A stretch of DNA of 19,162 bases from Verrucomicrobiota bacterium (GTDB lineage Bacteria; Verrucomicrobiota; Verrucomicrobiia; Limisphaerales; CANJXF01): NCBI GenBank assembly GCA_038214755.1, contig JBBQRQ010000097.1, forward strand, positions 1 through 19,162, in the 5' to 3' direction. The first letter of the stretch is position 1. Every line of letters starts with the position of its first letter. Under the pieces are notes generated by a model. That model was given only the letters and a program-made list of their open reading frames with translations, was not told the origin of the DNA and made no database searches. This document shows, one piece after another, positions 1-8,319 of the stretch. A program made the position numbers and the translations under genes.

Positions 1-157
1 CAGTGCTTCTGGGTCATTGCCCAACGGCCCGATCCCAAAAATCCGGTCTGGCCAGATGTCCTGGCCCATCACCGCCTCTGATCCAAAAGCCGTTTCTCAT
101 TTTGATCTAACATCTTTTCTCATTTTGAACTGTCGCCGACATTTTGCAAATAACTAG

Positions 158-185
158 TTGCAAGGGAAAAGTCCTTTGCTATATT
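158..185 (+). promoter_or_regulatory. Putative sigma70 promoter of the str/S10 cluster
   Basis: TTGCAA (158-163), 16-nt spacer, extended -10 TGcTATATT (177-185), 48 nt upstream of the rpsL ATG. Confidence 0.6.
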
Positions 186-233
186 CCGCGCTCCGTTTCC
201 CCGGAGATGGATCGCTAAAAAGCTCAAGCTGCA

Positions 234-635
234 ATGCCAACAATCAATCAACTCGTCCGAAAAGGACGCAACAAAGTCCGAAGCAAGTCGAAGTCGCCGG
301 CTTTGCAAAATTCGCCGTTTCGCCGAGGCGTTTGTTTGCAAGTGATGACCCGCACGCCGAAGAAACCAAACTCCGCGATGCGCAAAGTCGCCAAGATTCG
401 TCTGACGAATGGCCACGAGGTCATCGCTTACATTCCCGATGAAGGTCACAACTTGCAGGAACATTCGATCGTCCTGATTCGCGGCGGGAAGGTGAAGGAT
501 TTGCCGGGTGTCCGTTATCACATCGTGCGCGGAACTTTGGACGCAGCGGGAGTTGAAAAGCGCCGGGTCAGCCGATCCAAATACGGAGTTAAACGGCCCA
601 AAGCCAAAGGCGCAGCCGCCGCGGCCAAGAAATAA
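234..635 (+). CDS. rpsL: 30S ribosomal protein S12
   Basis: [12 protein letters not shown] start; TPKKPNSA and [10 protein letters not shown] motifs. Confidence 0.99.
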   Translation: MPTINQLVRKGRNKVRSKSKSPALQNSPFRRGVCLQVMTRTPKKPNSAMRKVAKIRLTNGHEVIAYIPDEGHNLQEHSIVLIRGGKVKDLPGVRYHIVRGTLDAAGVEKRRVSRSKYGVKRPKAKGAAAAAKK

Positions 636-645
636 TCTTCGCGAA

Positions 646-677
646 AACGATTCAACGATTTAACCATTTACCGATTC
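646..677 (+). repeat. Degenerate 8-bp tandem repeat (4 units) in the rpsL-rpsG spacer
   Basis: aacgattc aacgattt aaccattt accgattc. Confidence 0.6.
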
Positions 678-685
678 ACAAACTC

Positions 686-1159
686 ATGTCCCGACGACGC
701 CAAGCAGACAAAAGGCCATTGACCGAAGATGGCAAATACAAAAGCACGCTCGTTTCACGATTGGTGAACACGGTCATGCAGTCCGGCAAGAAAAGTATCG
801 CGCAGCGAATTGTTTACGGCGCGTTCGACAAGCTCGCGGAAAAAAATCCGCAATCCAGTCCGCTCGAAATTTTGCAGCGCGCGGTGGACAACGCCAAGCC
901 GCGTCTGGAAGTAAAAGCTCGCCGGGTGGGCGGCGCGACTTATCAAGTGCCGATGGAAGTTCCCGGTGATCGCCAGCTCGCGTTGGCCATGCGCTGGCTG
1001 GTGGATTACGCCGACGCCCGAAAAGGAATCACGATGAGAGAAGCGCTCGCCGCCGAAATCATGGAAGCTTATCAAGGCCAGGGAAGCGCCATTCGCAAAC
1101 GCGACGATGTTCATAAGATGGCCCAGGCCAACAAAGCATTCGCGCATTTCCGCTGGTAA
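686..1159 (+). CDS. rpsG: 30S ribosomal protein S7
   Basis: MSRRR start; RRVGGATYQVP and MAQANKAFAHFRW motifs; follows rpsL. Confidence 0.99.
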   Translation: MSRRRQADKRPLTEDGKYKSTLVSRLVNTVMQSGKKSIAQRIVYGAFDKLAEKNPQSSPLEILQRAVDNAKPRLEVKARRVGGATYQVPMEVPGDRQLALAMRWLVDYADARKGITMREALAAEIMEAYQGQGSAIRKRDDVHKMAQANKAFAHFRW

Positions 1160-1180
1160 ATTATTTTAGGTTTTAACCTT

Positions 1181-1210
1181 CGCCCCGAAGTTGATTCGTC
1201 GGGGCGTTTT
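1181..1210 (+). terminator. Hairpin plus short U-tract (weak terminator or attenuator) between rpsG and fusA
   Basis: cgccccga (1181-1188) pairs with tcggggcg (1199-1206), followed by tttt. Confidence 0.5.
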
Positions 1211-1223
1211 AGTCTTAACGAAG

Positions 1224-3407
1224 ATGCAAGCTGTCATGGAAAATAAATCGGTCAATTCGCCCAATCGGCAATACACGCTGGAGCGCACGCGCAACATCGG
1301 TATCGCCGCGCACATCGACGCCGGTAAAACGACGACGACCGAGCGAATTCTTTTTTACACCGGGCTGATTCACAAAATCGGCGACGTCGATGACGGCAAC
1401 ACCGTGACCGACTGGATGGAGCAGGAACGCGAACGCGGCATCACGATTACTTCCGCGGCCGTCACTTGTTTTTGGACGCAGAAAAAAGAAGAAGGGTTGG
1501 AAAAATCATTCGCCACCATTCCGCACCGCATCAACATCATCGACACTCCCGGCCACGTGGATTTCACCGCGGAAGTTGAGCGTTCCATGCGTGTTCTCGA
1601 CGGAGCGGTCGCCGTCTTCTGCGGAGTGGCGGGCGTGCAGCCGCAATCCGAAACCGTCTGGCGTCAGGCGACCAAATATAAAGTTCCTCGCATCGCTTTC
1701 GTCAACAAAATGGATCGCATCGGCGCGAATTTTGAAAATGCGCTGAACGATATGCGCAAAAAACTTAATGCGTATGCGTATCCGATTTTTCTCCCGATTG
1801 GCGCTGAAGAAAATTTTGAAGGCATCATTGATCTCGTCAGCCAAAAAGCGATTGTTTGGGGCGCAGGCGACATCGCCAATGAAGGGCTTAAATATGAGAT
1901 CAAGGAAATTCCCGATAATCTCAAAGAAAAAGCTAAAACCGCTCTCGCTGAATTGATCGATGCCGTTTCCAATAAAGACGACATCATTGCTGAAATGGTT
2001 TTGGAAGAAAAACCCATTGACGCAGTCAGTCTCAAAGCTGCGATTCGCCGCCTCACTTGTGCCATCGAGTTTGTTCCCGTTCTCTGCGGTTCCGCGTTCA
2101 AGAAAAAAGCAGTGCAGCCGCTGCTGGATGCCGTGGTTGATTATTTGCCCAGTCCGATTGACATCCCGCAGGCTCAAGGTCTTGTTCCAGACACGGAAGA
2201 CAAAGTTGAAGTTGCTTCCGACGACACCGCTAAGTTTTGTTCGCTCGCTTTTAAACTTTGGACTGATCCGTATGCCGGCAAACTAGTTTTCTTTCGTGTC
2301 TATTCCGGCCAGTTGAAAAAGGGCGACACGATTTACAATCCTCGCACGCGCAAACGCGAACGCGTCAGTCGCCTCATGGTCATTCAAGGCAGTGAGCGCA
2401 AAGATATTGATGTCGCATATTCTGGCGATATTGCCGCGCTGGTTGGTCTGCGAAATATCACTACCGGCGATACGCTTTGTGACGAAGATTTTGATGTCGC
2501 TCTCGAACCGCCCACCTTTCCTGAACCAGTTATCAGCATGGCGGTCGAGCCCAAAACAAAAGCGGATCGCGACAAAATGTCGGAAGGTCTTCAGCGTCTC
2601 GCGGAAGAAGATCCGACATTCCGTTGTTTCACGAACGAAGAAACCAGCCAGCTCATCATCGCTGGAATGGGCGAGTTGCATTTGGAAATTATTTGCGACC
2701 GCTTGAAACGCGAATTCAAAGTCGAAGCCAATTCCGGCGCGCCGCAAATTGCTTATCGCGAAACGATCACGAAGGCGGCGGAAGGCGAAGGAAAATTTAT
2801 TCGCCAATCCGGTGGACGCGGACAATACGGTCACGCCGTGGTAAAAATTCAACCGAACGAAAAAGGCAAAGGCCTCGAGATCGAAAACAAAATTGTCGGT
2901 GGCTCGATTCCAAAAGAATATATTCCCGCCGTCATTGATGGAATCGAAGAAGCCATTCGCAGCGGCGTTTACGCGGGCTACCAGATGATCGATGTCAAAG
3001 CGCAGGTCGTGGACGGAAGTTTTCACGAAGTGGACTCGAACGAACTCGCGTTCAAGATGGCAGGAATTTTCGCATTCAAAGATGCGGTCAAAAGCGCCGG
3101 TCCGATTTTGCTCGAGCCAATTATGAAAGTGGAAGTCACGACGCCCGACGAATATCAAGGTGATCTTCTCGGCGACATCAATCGTCGTCGCGGAAAAATC
3201 ATCGGGATCGACGCGAAGGCTGGACAAACCATTTTGAATTGCGAAGTTCCGCTGGCGGAAATGTTTGGCTACGCCACGGCAATTCGTTCGCTCTCAAAAG
3301 GCCGCGCATCTTATTCGATGGAACCGCTCACGTTCGAGCAGGTGCCGAATAGCGTCTTGAATACCATTTTGGATTCGGCAAAATCACGGCCGGCCGCACG
3401 CACTTAA
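1224..3407 (+). CDS. fusA: Elongation factor G
   Basis: AHIDAGKTT, ERGITI, DTPGHVDF, NKMD and GMGELHLE motifs. Start moved to ATG 1224 (1236 is an alternative) because the TTG at 1191 lies inside a hairpin. Confidence 0.98.
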   Translation: MQAVMENKSVNSPNRQYTLERTRNIGIAAHIDAGKTTTTERILFYTGLIHKIGDVDDGNTVTDWMEQERERGITITSAAVTCFWTQKKEEGLEKSFATIPHRINIIDTPGHVDFTAEVERSMRVLDGAVAVFCGVAGVQPQSETVWRQATKYKVPRIAFVNKMDRIGANFENALNDMRKKLNAYAYPIFLPIGAEENFEGIIDLVSQKAIVWGAGDIANEGLKYEIKEIPDNLKEKAKTALAELIDAVSNKDDIIAEMVLEEKPIDAVSLKAAIRRLTCAIEFVPVLCGSAFKKKAVQPLLDAVVDYLPSPIDIPQAQGLVPDTEDKVEVASDDTAKFCSLAFKLWTDPYAGKLVFFRVYSGQLKKGDTIYNPRTRKRERVSRLMVIQGSERKDIDVAYSGDIAALVGLRNITTGDTLCDEDFDVALEPPTFPEPVISMAVEPKTKADRDKMSEGLQRLAEEDPTFRCFTNEETSQLIIAGMGELHLEIICDRLKREFKVEANSGAPQIAYRETITKAAEGEGKFIRQSGGRGQYGHAVVKIQPNEKGKGLEIENKIVGGSIPKEYIPAVIDGIEEAIRSGVYAGYQMIDVKAQVVDGSFHEVDSNELAFKMAGIFAFKDAVKSAGPILLEPIMKVEVTTPDEYQGDLLGDINRRRGKIIGIDAKAGQTILNCEVPLAEMFGYATAIRSLSKGRASYSMEPLTFEQVPNSVLNTILDSAKSRPAART

Positions 3408-3436
3408 ACTTTAACTCTTAACCTTGTTCTTTTTAT

Positions 3437-3745
3437 ATGGCTGGACAACGCATTCGCATCCGACTCAAAGCTTACGACCACCGCGTCATTGACCAATCGG
3501 CCCATGACATCGTCGAAACCGTCAAACGCACTGGCGCGCGCGTCGCCGGTCCGATCCCTCTTCCCACCCGTGTCGAACGATGGACGGTTCAACGTTCGCC
3601 GCACGCCGACAAAAAATCGCAGGAAACTTTTGAGCAGCGCACGCACAAGCGTCTCCTTGACATCATCGAGCCAACCGCGAAAACGGTGGACGAGCTGAAG
3701 AAGCTAAACCTTCCCGCTGGCGTGGACATCACCATCAAAATCTGA
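3437..3745 (+). CDS. rpsJ: 30S ribosomal protein S10
   Basis: [18 protein letters not shown] and THKRLLDI motifs. Confidence 0.99.
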   Translation: MAGQRIRIRLKAYDHRVIDQSAHDIVETVKRTGARVAGPIPLPTRVERWTVQRSPHADKKSQETFEQRTHKRLLDIIEPTAKTVDELKKLNLPAGVDITIKI

Positions 3746-3782
3746 TTCGGCAACTGTTGAATCGTAAATCGAAAGAATTTTT

Positions 3783-4520
3783 ATGCTCGGAATTTTAGGA
3801 AAAAAACTTGGCCAGACTCGCGTCTATGATGCGAAAGGCACCGTCCATTCCGTCACGGTTGTGGCCGTCGGACCCAATCGCGTTATCCAGGTCAAGACGC
3901 AGGAGACGGACGGATACAATGCGGTGCAACTCGGCTTCGATGAACAAAAAGAACATCGCCTGACGAAACCGTTGCTCGGTCATATCAAGAAACACAACGC
4001 GACGCCGGTGAAACGCATCAGAGAATTTCGCAATTTCACCTTGACGGTGAAACCCGGCGATACCGTCGGCGCAAATATTTTTTCGGCGGGCGATTTTGTG
4101 GACGCCATCGGCATCACAAAAGGTCGCGGTTTTGAAGGTGTGATGAAGCGGCATAATTTTCGCGGCGGCGATTCGACCCACGGCGCGAAAGGTTTCAAAC
4201 GTCGTCCTGGTGCGATTGGCCAACGATTGTTTCCCGGCACCGTCATGCGCGGAATGCGAATGCCCGGCCACATGGGACAAATCCAGCGCACCATTCAAAA
4301 TTTGGAAGTGATCCAGGTTCGCGAAGACGACAACTTGTTGTTGATCAAAGGCGCCATTCCGGGAGGCAACAATAGTTACGTCATCATTCGCGAATCCAAA
4401 AAATTACCGAAAGGTTCGGACGCGGCGAAACATCGCAAAGAGCCGAAAGTCGCCGCTGGAAAAGTGAAGGCAAAAGCTGCCGCTGCTCCAGCCAAACCCG
4501 CTCCTGTCGCGAAGAAATAA
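3783..4520 (+). CDS. rplC: 50S ribosomal protein L3 with an Ala/Lys-rich C-terminal tail
   Basis: GILGKKLG, DGYNAVQLGF, KGRGFEGVMKRH and MPGHMG motifs. Confidence 0.99.
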   Translation: MLGILGKKLGQTRVYDAKGTVHSVTVVAVGPNRVIQVKTQETDGYNAVQLGFDEQKEHRLTKPLLGHIKKHNATPVKRIREFRNFTLTVKPGDTVGANIFSAGDFVDAIGITKGRGFEGVMKRHNFRGGDSTHGAKGFKRRPGAIGQRLFPGTVMRGMRMPGHMGQIQRTIQNLEVIQVREDDNLLLIKGAIPGGNNSYVIIRESKKLPKGSDAAKHRKEPKVAAGKVKAKAAAAPAKPAPVAKK

Positions 4521-4525
4521 CACGC

Positions 4526-4603
4526 TGTAGCGGCGCGTCTGTGACCGCCGCTGAAATTCAAAAAACATTTTTAAAATGCGGCGGTCACAAACGCGCCGCT
4601 ACA
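4526..4603. repeat. GTAG-type REP doublet (REPIN/BIME-like), family A
   Basis: tgtagcggcgcgtctgtgaccgccgc (4526-4551) and an inverted copy (4578-4603, 25/26 match) around a 26-nt AT-rich spacer; each arm is GTAG plus an imperfect palindrome. Confidence 0.9.
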
Positions 4604-4614
4604 AAAAAGAATTT

Positions 4615-5241
4615 ATGAAGCTGACTGTAAAAGATATTAAAGGCCAAAGCGCCGGTGAACTCGAAGTAAAGTTTGAAGTCATCGCCGATGGCAAAGGAAC
4701 GCAAGCGGTTCACGACGCCGTCACGGCTTACCGCGCCGGACAGCGCAGCGGCACCGCTTGCACAAAGACTGCGGGCGAAGTTCAAGGCACTAACAAAAAA
4801 CCGTGGAAACAAAAAGGCACGGGCCGCGCTCGTGCCGGTTCGTTTCGGTCGCCCTTGTGGCGTGGCGGTGGCGTGGTGTTTGGGCCCAAGCCGCGCGACT
4901 TCAGCAAAAAGGTCAATGGTTCGACCAAGAAACTCGCGTTGCGCAAAGCCCTCGGCGAACGTCTCAAGATGGGCGATGTCACGGTCGTTTCGGATTTCAA
5001 ATTAGCCGCGCCGAAGACGAAAGATTTTCTCAGCGCATTGAGCGCGTTGGAAATTGACGGCACCACGCTCATCGTTGCGGAGAGCACCGATGCCAATCTC
5101 ATTCGCTCTTCCCGGAATGTTTCCTACGTCGAAGTGACGACCGGCGAAGACCTCAACACCTACCAGGTTTTGCGCAGCGACAAATTGATTTTCACCCGCG
5201 GCGCATTTGAAAAAGTCGAACAACGTTTGGCCAAAATTTAA
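4615..5241 (+). CDS. rplD: 50S ribosomal protein L4
   Basis: KPWKQKGTGRARAGS and GGGVVFGPKPR motifs. Start set to ATG 4615 because the in-frame ATG at 4576 runs into the REP. Confidence 0.98.
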   Translation: MKLTVKDIKGQSAGELEVKFEVIADGKGTQAVHDAVTAYRAGQRSGTACTKTAGEVQGTNKKPWKQKGTGRARAGSFRSPLWRGGGVVFGPKPRDFSKKVNGSTKKLALRKALGERLKMGDVTVVSDFKLAAPKTKDFLSALSALEIDGTTLIVAESTDANLIRSSRNVSYVEVTTGEDLNTYQVLRSDKLIFTRGAFEKVEQRLAKI

Positions 5242-5247
5242 TTTCCC

Positions 5248-5529
5248 ATGAACACTTTCGAAATCATCAAAACCGTTCGCATCACGGAAAAGGGCACGCG
5301 CCAATCCGACAAACTGAATCAATACACCGTGGTCGCTGATCGCCGCGCCAATAAAATTCAGATTCGCCAGGCCGTCCAGGAGCTTTTCAAAGTGAAAGTT
5401 CTCGGCGTCAATACGATGAACGTTCGCGGAAAAGCCCGCCGCAAACGCACCGCCGCCGCCGGCACAACCAACTCTTGGAAAAAAGCAATCGTCACTTTGA
5501 AAGAAGGCGACAAAATTGTTTTGACCTAG
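5248..5529 (+). CDS. rplW: 50S ribosomal protein L23
   Basis: ITEK, ANKIQI..AV..LF.VKV..VNT and WKKAIVTL motifs. Confidence 0.98.
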   Translation: MNTFEIIKTVRITEKGTRQSDKLNQYTVVADRRANKIQIRQAVQELFKVKVLGVNTMNVRGKARRKRTAAAGTTNSWKKAIVTLKEGDKIVLT

Positions 5530-5533
5530 CCCC

Positions 5534-5559
5534 TGTAGCGGCGCGTCAATGACCGCCGC
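5534..5559 (+). repeat. Single GTAG-type REP, family A
   Basis: tgtagcggcgcgtcaatgaccgccgc; differs from the 4526 copy only in the loop. Confidence 0.88.
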
Positions 5560-5574
5560 AATTTAGGTTTGAGG

Positions 5575-5610
5575 AAAGCGATTCGGAAATCCGAATCGCT
5601 TTTTTATTTT
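5575..5610 (+). terminator. Rho-independent terminator closing the ribosomal cluster
   Basis: aaagcgattcgg-aaat-ccgaatcgcttt, a perfect 12-bp stem running into a T-tract. Confidence 0.85.
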
Positions 5611-5630
5611 CTCAAAGCGACTTTCCAGGC

Positions 5631-6977
5631 GTGAAGGAAATCTCGCCGCAGAAAATCACCGGGCCAAAAGGCTCTTTTTTCATCGGTAACCTGGCCGCCT
5701 TCGGTCGCGACCCGTTGCAGTTTTTGGAAAATTGCGCGCGTAATTACGGCGATTACACCCTCCTTCGATTTGGCAATAGACCGGTTCTTCTGATTAACAA
5801 CCCTGCGGACATCGAATTCGTTTTGGCCACTGGTTCGCGGAATTTTCGCAAGACCATGGGCTACCACACGCCGATGATGCGGCGTCTCTTCGGTCAGGGT
5901 TTGCTCACCAGCGAAGGCGAATTTTGGACGCGTCAACGTCGTTTGTCTCAGCCCGCTTTCCATCGTGATCGCGTGGCGGGCTATGCGAAAATCATTGTTG
6001 AATTTGCCGAAAGAGGAATTGCCAAATGGCAGCCCGGCGAAACGCGCGCCATTCATCTCGACATGATGCGGCTGACCACCGAGGTCGTCACGAAATCGCT
6101 TTTCAATTCCGGCGTGCCGCGTGAAATCGACGAACTCGGCCAAGCGTCCGCCGTCGTGATGAAACGTTTTAGTCAGCAACTCAGTGTCTGGCGTTTGCTG
6201 ATGAACTTTTTTCCAACGCCCGGCGCGCGACGGTTTGAGCAAGTCATGCGCAATCTCGACAATTTTATTTACGGCCTCATTCGCGAACGCCGCGCCAGCG
6301 GCGAGGACACGGGCGATCTTCTCTCCATGCTCCTCCAGGCGCGAGACGACGACGGAAATGGCATGAGCGATAAACAACTGCGCGACGAGTTGACCACGCT
6401 GATGGTCGCGGGATTGGATACCACCGCGTTGACACTGGCCTGGGCTTTTTATTTGTTGTCGCAAAATGCGGAGTCCGATCAAAAATTATTTTCAGAAATC
6501 CAAACTATTCTCGGCAATCGTCCGCCTACGTTCGAGGATTTGCCGAAGCTGACCTACGCCGATGCCGTTATAAAAGAAACGATGCGACTCTATCCTGCCG
6601 GATGGATTTTGGGCCGCGAAGCTTTGCACGATTGCGAGATTGGCGGCGTGAAAATTGGCAAAGGCACTTCGGTGCTGATGAGCCAATGGTTGAAACACCG
6701 GGACGAACGTTATTTTCCGCAACCGAAAAAATTTGTGCCGGACCGCTGGCTCGGAGAAGAAAATAAGAAGCTGCCAAAGTTTGCCTACTTTCCGTTCGGC
6801 GGCGGCCCAAGAATTTGTATCGGCAGCGCGTTTGCGGTGATGGAAGCGACCTTGGTGCTGGCCGTCGTCGCGCAACAATTTCGATTGACCGCGGAGGCGG
6901 GCTACGCCGTTCGACCTTTTCCCGCCATCACACTTCAACCCAAAGACGGAATTTTTTTGAAAGTGGAACCGCGCTGA
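5631..6977 (+). CDS. Cytochrome P450
   Basis: Heme motif FGGGPRICIG, K-helix ETMR, I-helix AGLDTT, PDRW; GTG start. Confidence 0.97.
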   Translation: MKEISPQKITGPKGSFFIGNLAAFGRDPLQFLENCARNYGDYTLLRFGNRPVLLINNPADIEFVLATGSRNFRKTMGYHTPMMRRLFGQGLLTSEGEFWTRQRRLSQPAFHRDRVAGYAKIIVEFAERGIAKWQPGETRAIHLDMMRLTTEVVTKSLFNSGVPREIDELGQASAVVMKRFSQQLSVWRLLMNFFPTPGARRFEQVMRNLDNFIYGLIRERRASGEDTGDLLSMLLQARDDDGNGMSDKQLRDELTTLMVAGLDTTALTLAWAFYLLSQNAESDQKLFSEIQTILGNRPPTFEDLPKLTYADAVIKETMRLYPAGWILGREALHDCEIGGVKIGKGTSVLMSQWLKHRDERYFPQPKKFVPDRWLGEENKKLPKFAYFPFGGGPRICIGSAFAVMEATLVLAVVAQQFRLTAEAGYAVRPFPAITLQPKDGIFLKVEPR

Positions 6978-7001
6978 ACCGAACCGGCCAGGAGAATAGT
7001 T

Positions 7002-7030
7002 TTGCCAGCGTTCTCCTTTTGAAACAGCAT
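7002..7030 (+). promoter_or_regulatory. Putative promoter of the MFS-enolase pair (leaderless geometry)
   Basis: TTGCCA-17 nt-CAGCAT, then 7 nt to the GTG at 7038. Confidence 0.4.
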
Positions 7031-7037
7031 TTCCAGC

Positions 7038-8318
7038 GTGAAACCAGAGAGCATTCTTGAATTTTCCGCCCCACCGGAACCCTCTCTAAGAATTTCTCGC
7101 AGCCATTGGCTGGTTTTGATCGCCGCCTTTCTCGGCTGGATGTTCGATGGACTGGAGATGGGAATTTTCCCGTTGGTCGCGCGGCCCGCCTTGCTGGACT
7201 TGATGCCACTCGGCGCCGACCCAAAAAATTTCGTCAGCCATTGGACTTCTTACATCATCGCGCTTTTTCTGGTGGGCGCGGCGCTTGGCGGAATTATTTT
7301 TGGCTGGCTCGGTGATCGCATCGGACGTGTCCGCGCGATGTCTTTGAGCATTCTGACCTACTCAATTTTCAGCGGGCTTTGTTACTTTGTTCAATCCGCC
7401 GCGCAATTTGGAATGCTCCGTTTTGTCGCCGCGCTCGGCATGGGCGGCGAATGGGCGCTCGGCGTCGCGCTCGTCATGGAAACCTGGCCGCGCGAAAAAC
7501 GTCCGCTGCTCGCGGGAATTATCGGCGCGGCATCGAACGTCGGTTTCGTCTTGATCGCGGTGCTGGGTCTCAAATTTGCCGTGACAAAAGATTCCTGGCG
7601 CTGGGTCATGCTGGCGGGAGCAGCCCCGGCGGTGCTGACATTTTTCATCCAAATTTTTGTGCCCGAATCCGAGCGGTGGAAAGAGTCCGTCAAAAAAAGC
7701 GGGTCGGGATCGATCAAAGAAATTTTTGCTCCGGGACTTTTGAAGACGACGTTGCTGGCAATTGCCTTTTCATCCATCGCGCTGATCGGAACCTGGGGTT
7801 CGGTGCAATGGCTGCCATCGTGGGCCGACAAACTGACTGACGGCAAAATTCCGACGGCGAAAGCGACGACGCAAATTCTGGCGGGTCTCGGCGCGATAAC
7901 CGGTTGCTTGCTGGGCGCGGTCGTCGGAAAAAATCTTGGACGGCGCACGGTTTATTTTTGGCTCTGCCTGTTTTCCCTTTTGTGCTGCGGTTATTTATTT
8001 CGGTTTGTCGATGCCTACGGCGGGTTATTTTTGTTGCTCGTGACATTGGTGGGCGCGGTGACTGCCGCCTTTTATGGATGGCTTCCGCTTTATTTGCCGG
8101 AACTTTTTCCCACGCGCATTCGCGCCACCGGCCAGGGATTAAGTTTCAATTTCGGGAGAATTCTCGCCGCAGTTGGAGCGCTCGGTCAGGGACAACTGAT
8201 GGCGCACTACGACGGGAGTTACGCCAAAGCCGGGGCCATCGTGACGCTGATTTATATTTTCGGAATGGGCTTGATTTGGCTCGCTCCGGAAACAAAAGGA
8301 AAACCGCTGCCCGAATAA
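7038..8318 (+). CDS. MFS transporter (sugar/organic-acid type)
   Basis: About 12 hydrophobic segments; GWLGDRIGR motif A, GMGGEW, ELFPTRIRATG and PETKG. Confidence 0.95.
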   Translation: MKPESILEFSAPPEPSLRISRSHWLVLIAAFLGWMFDGLEMGIFPLVARPALLDLMPLGADPKNFVSHWTSYIIALFLVGAALGGIIFGWLGDRIGRVRAMSLSILTYSIFSGLCYFVQSAAQFGMLRFVAALGMGGEWALGVALVMETWPREKRPLLAGIIGAASNVGFVLIAVLGLKFAVTKDSWRWVMLAGAAPAVLTFFIQIFVPESERWKESVKKSGSGSIKEIFAPGLLKTTLLAIAFSSIALIGTWGSVQWLPSWADKLTDGKIPTAKATTQILAGLGAITGCLLGAVVGKNLGRRTVYFWLCLFSLLCCGYLFRFVDAYGGLFLLLVTLVGAVTAAFYGWLPLYLPELFPTRIRATGQGLSFNFGRILAAVGALGQGQLMAHYDGSYAKAGAIVTLIYIFGMGLIWLAPETKGKPLPE

Positions 8319-8319
8319 C

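Noticed and set aside
1..123. Possible 5' end of a divergent minus-strand gene (MGQDIWPDRIFGIG...)
   Set aside because: Only about 23 codons are visible, with no recognisable motif; other frames close quickly
1191..1223. N-terminal extension of EF-G from TTG 1191
   Set aside because: Overlaps the intergenic hairpin and does not resemble EF-G
4576..4614. MRRSQTRRY leader on L4, shared with ORF 18937-19140
   Set aside because: Both are translations of the family A REP, not a conserved peptide
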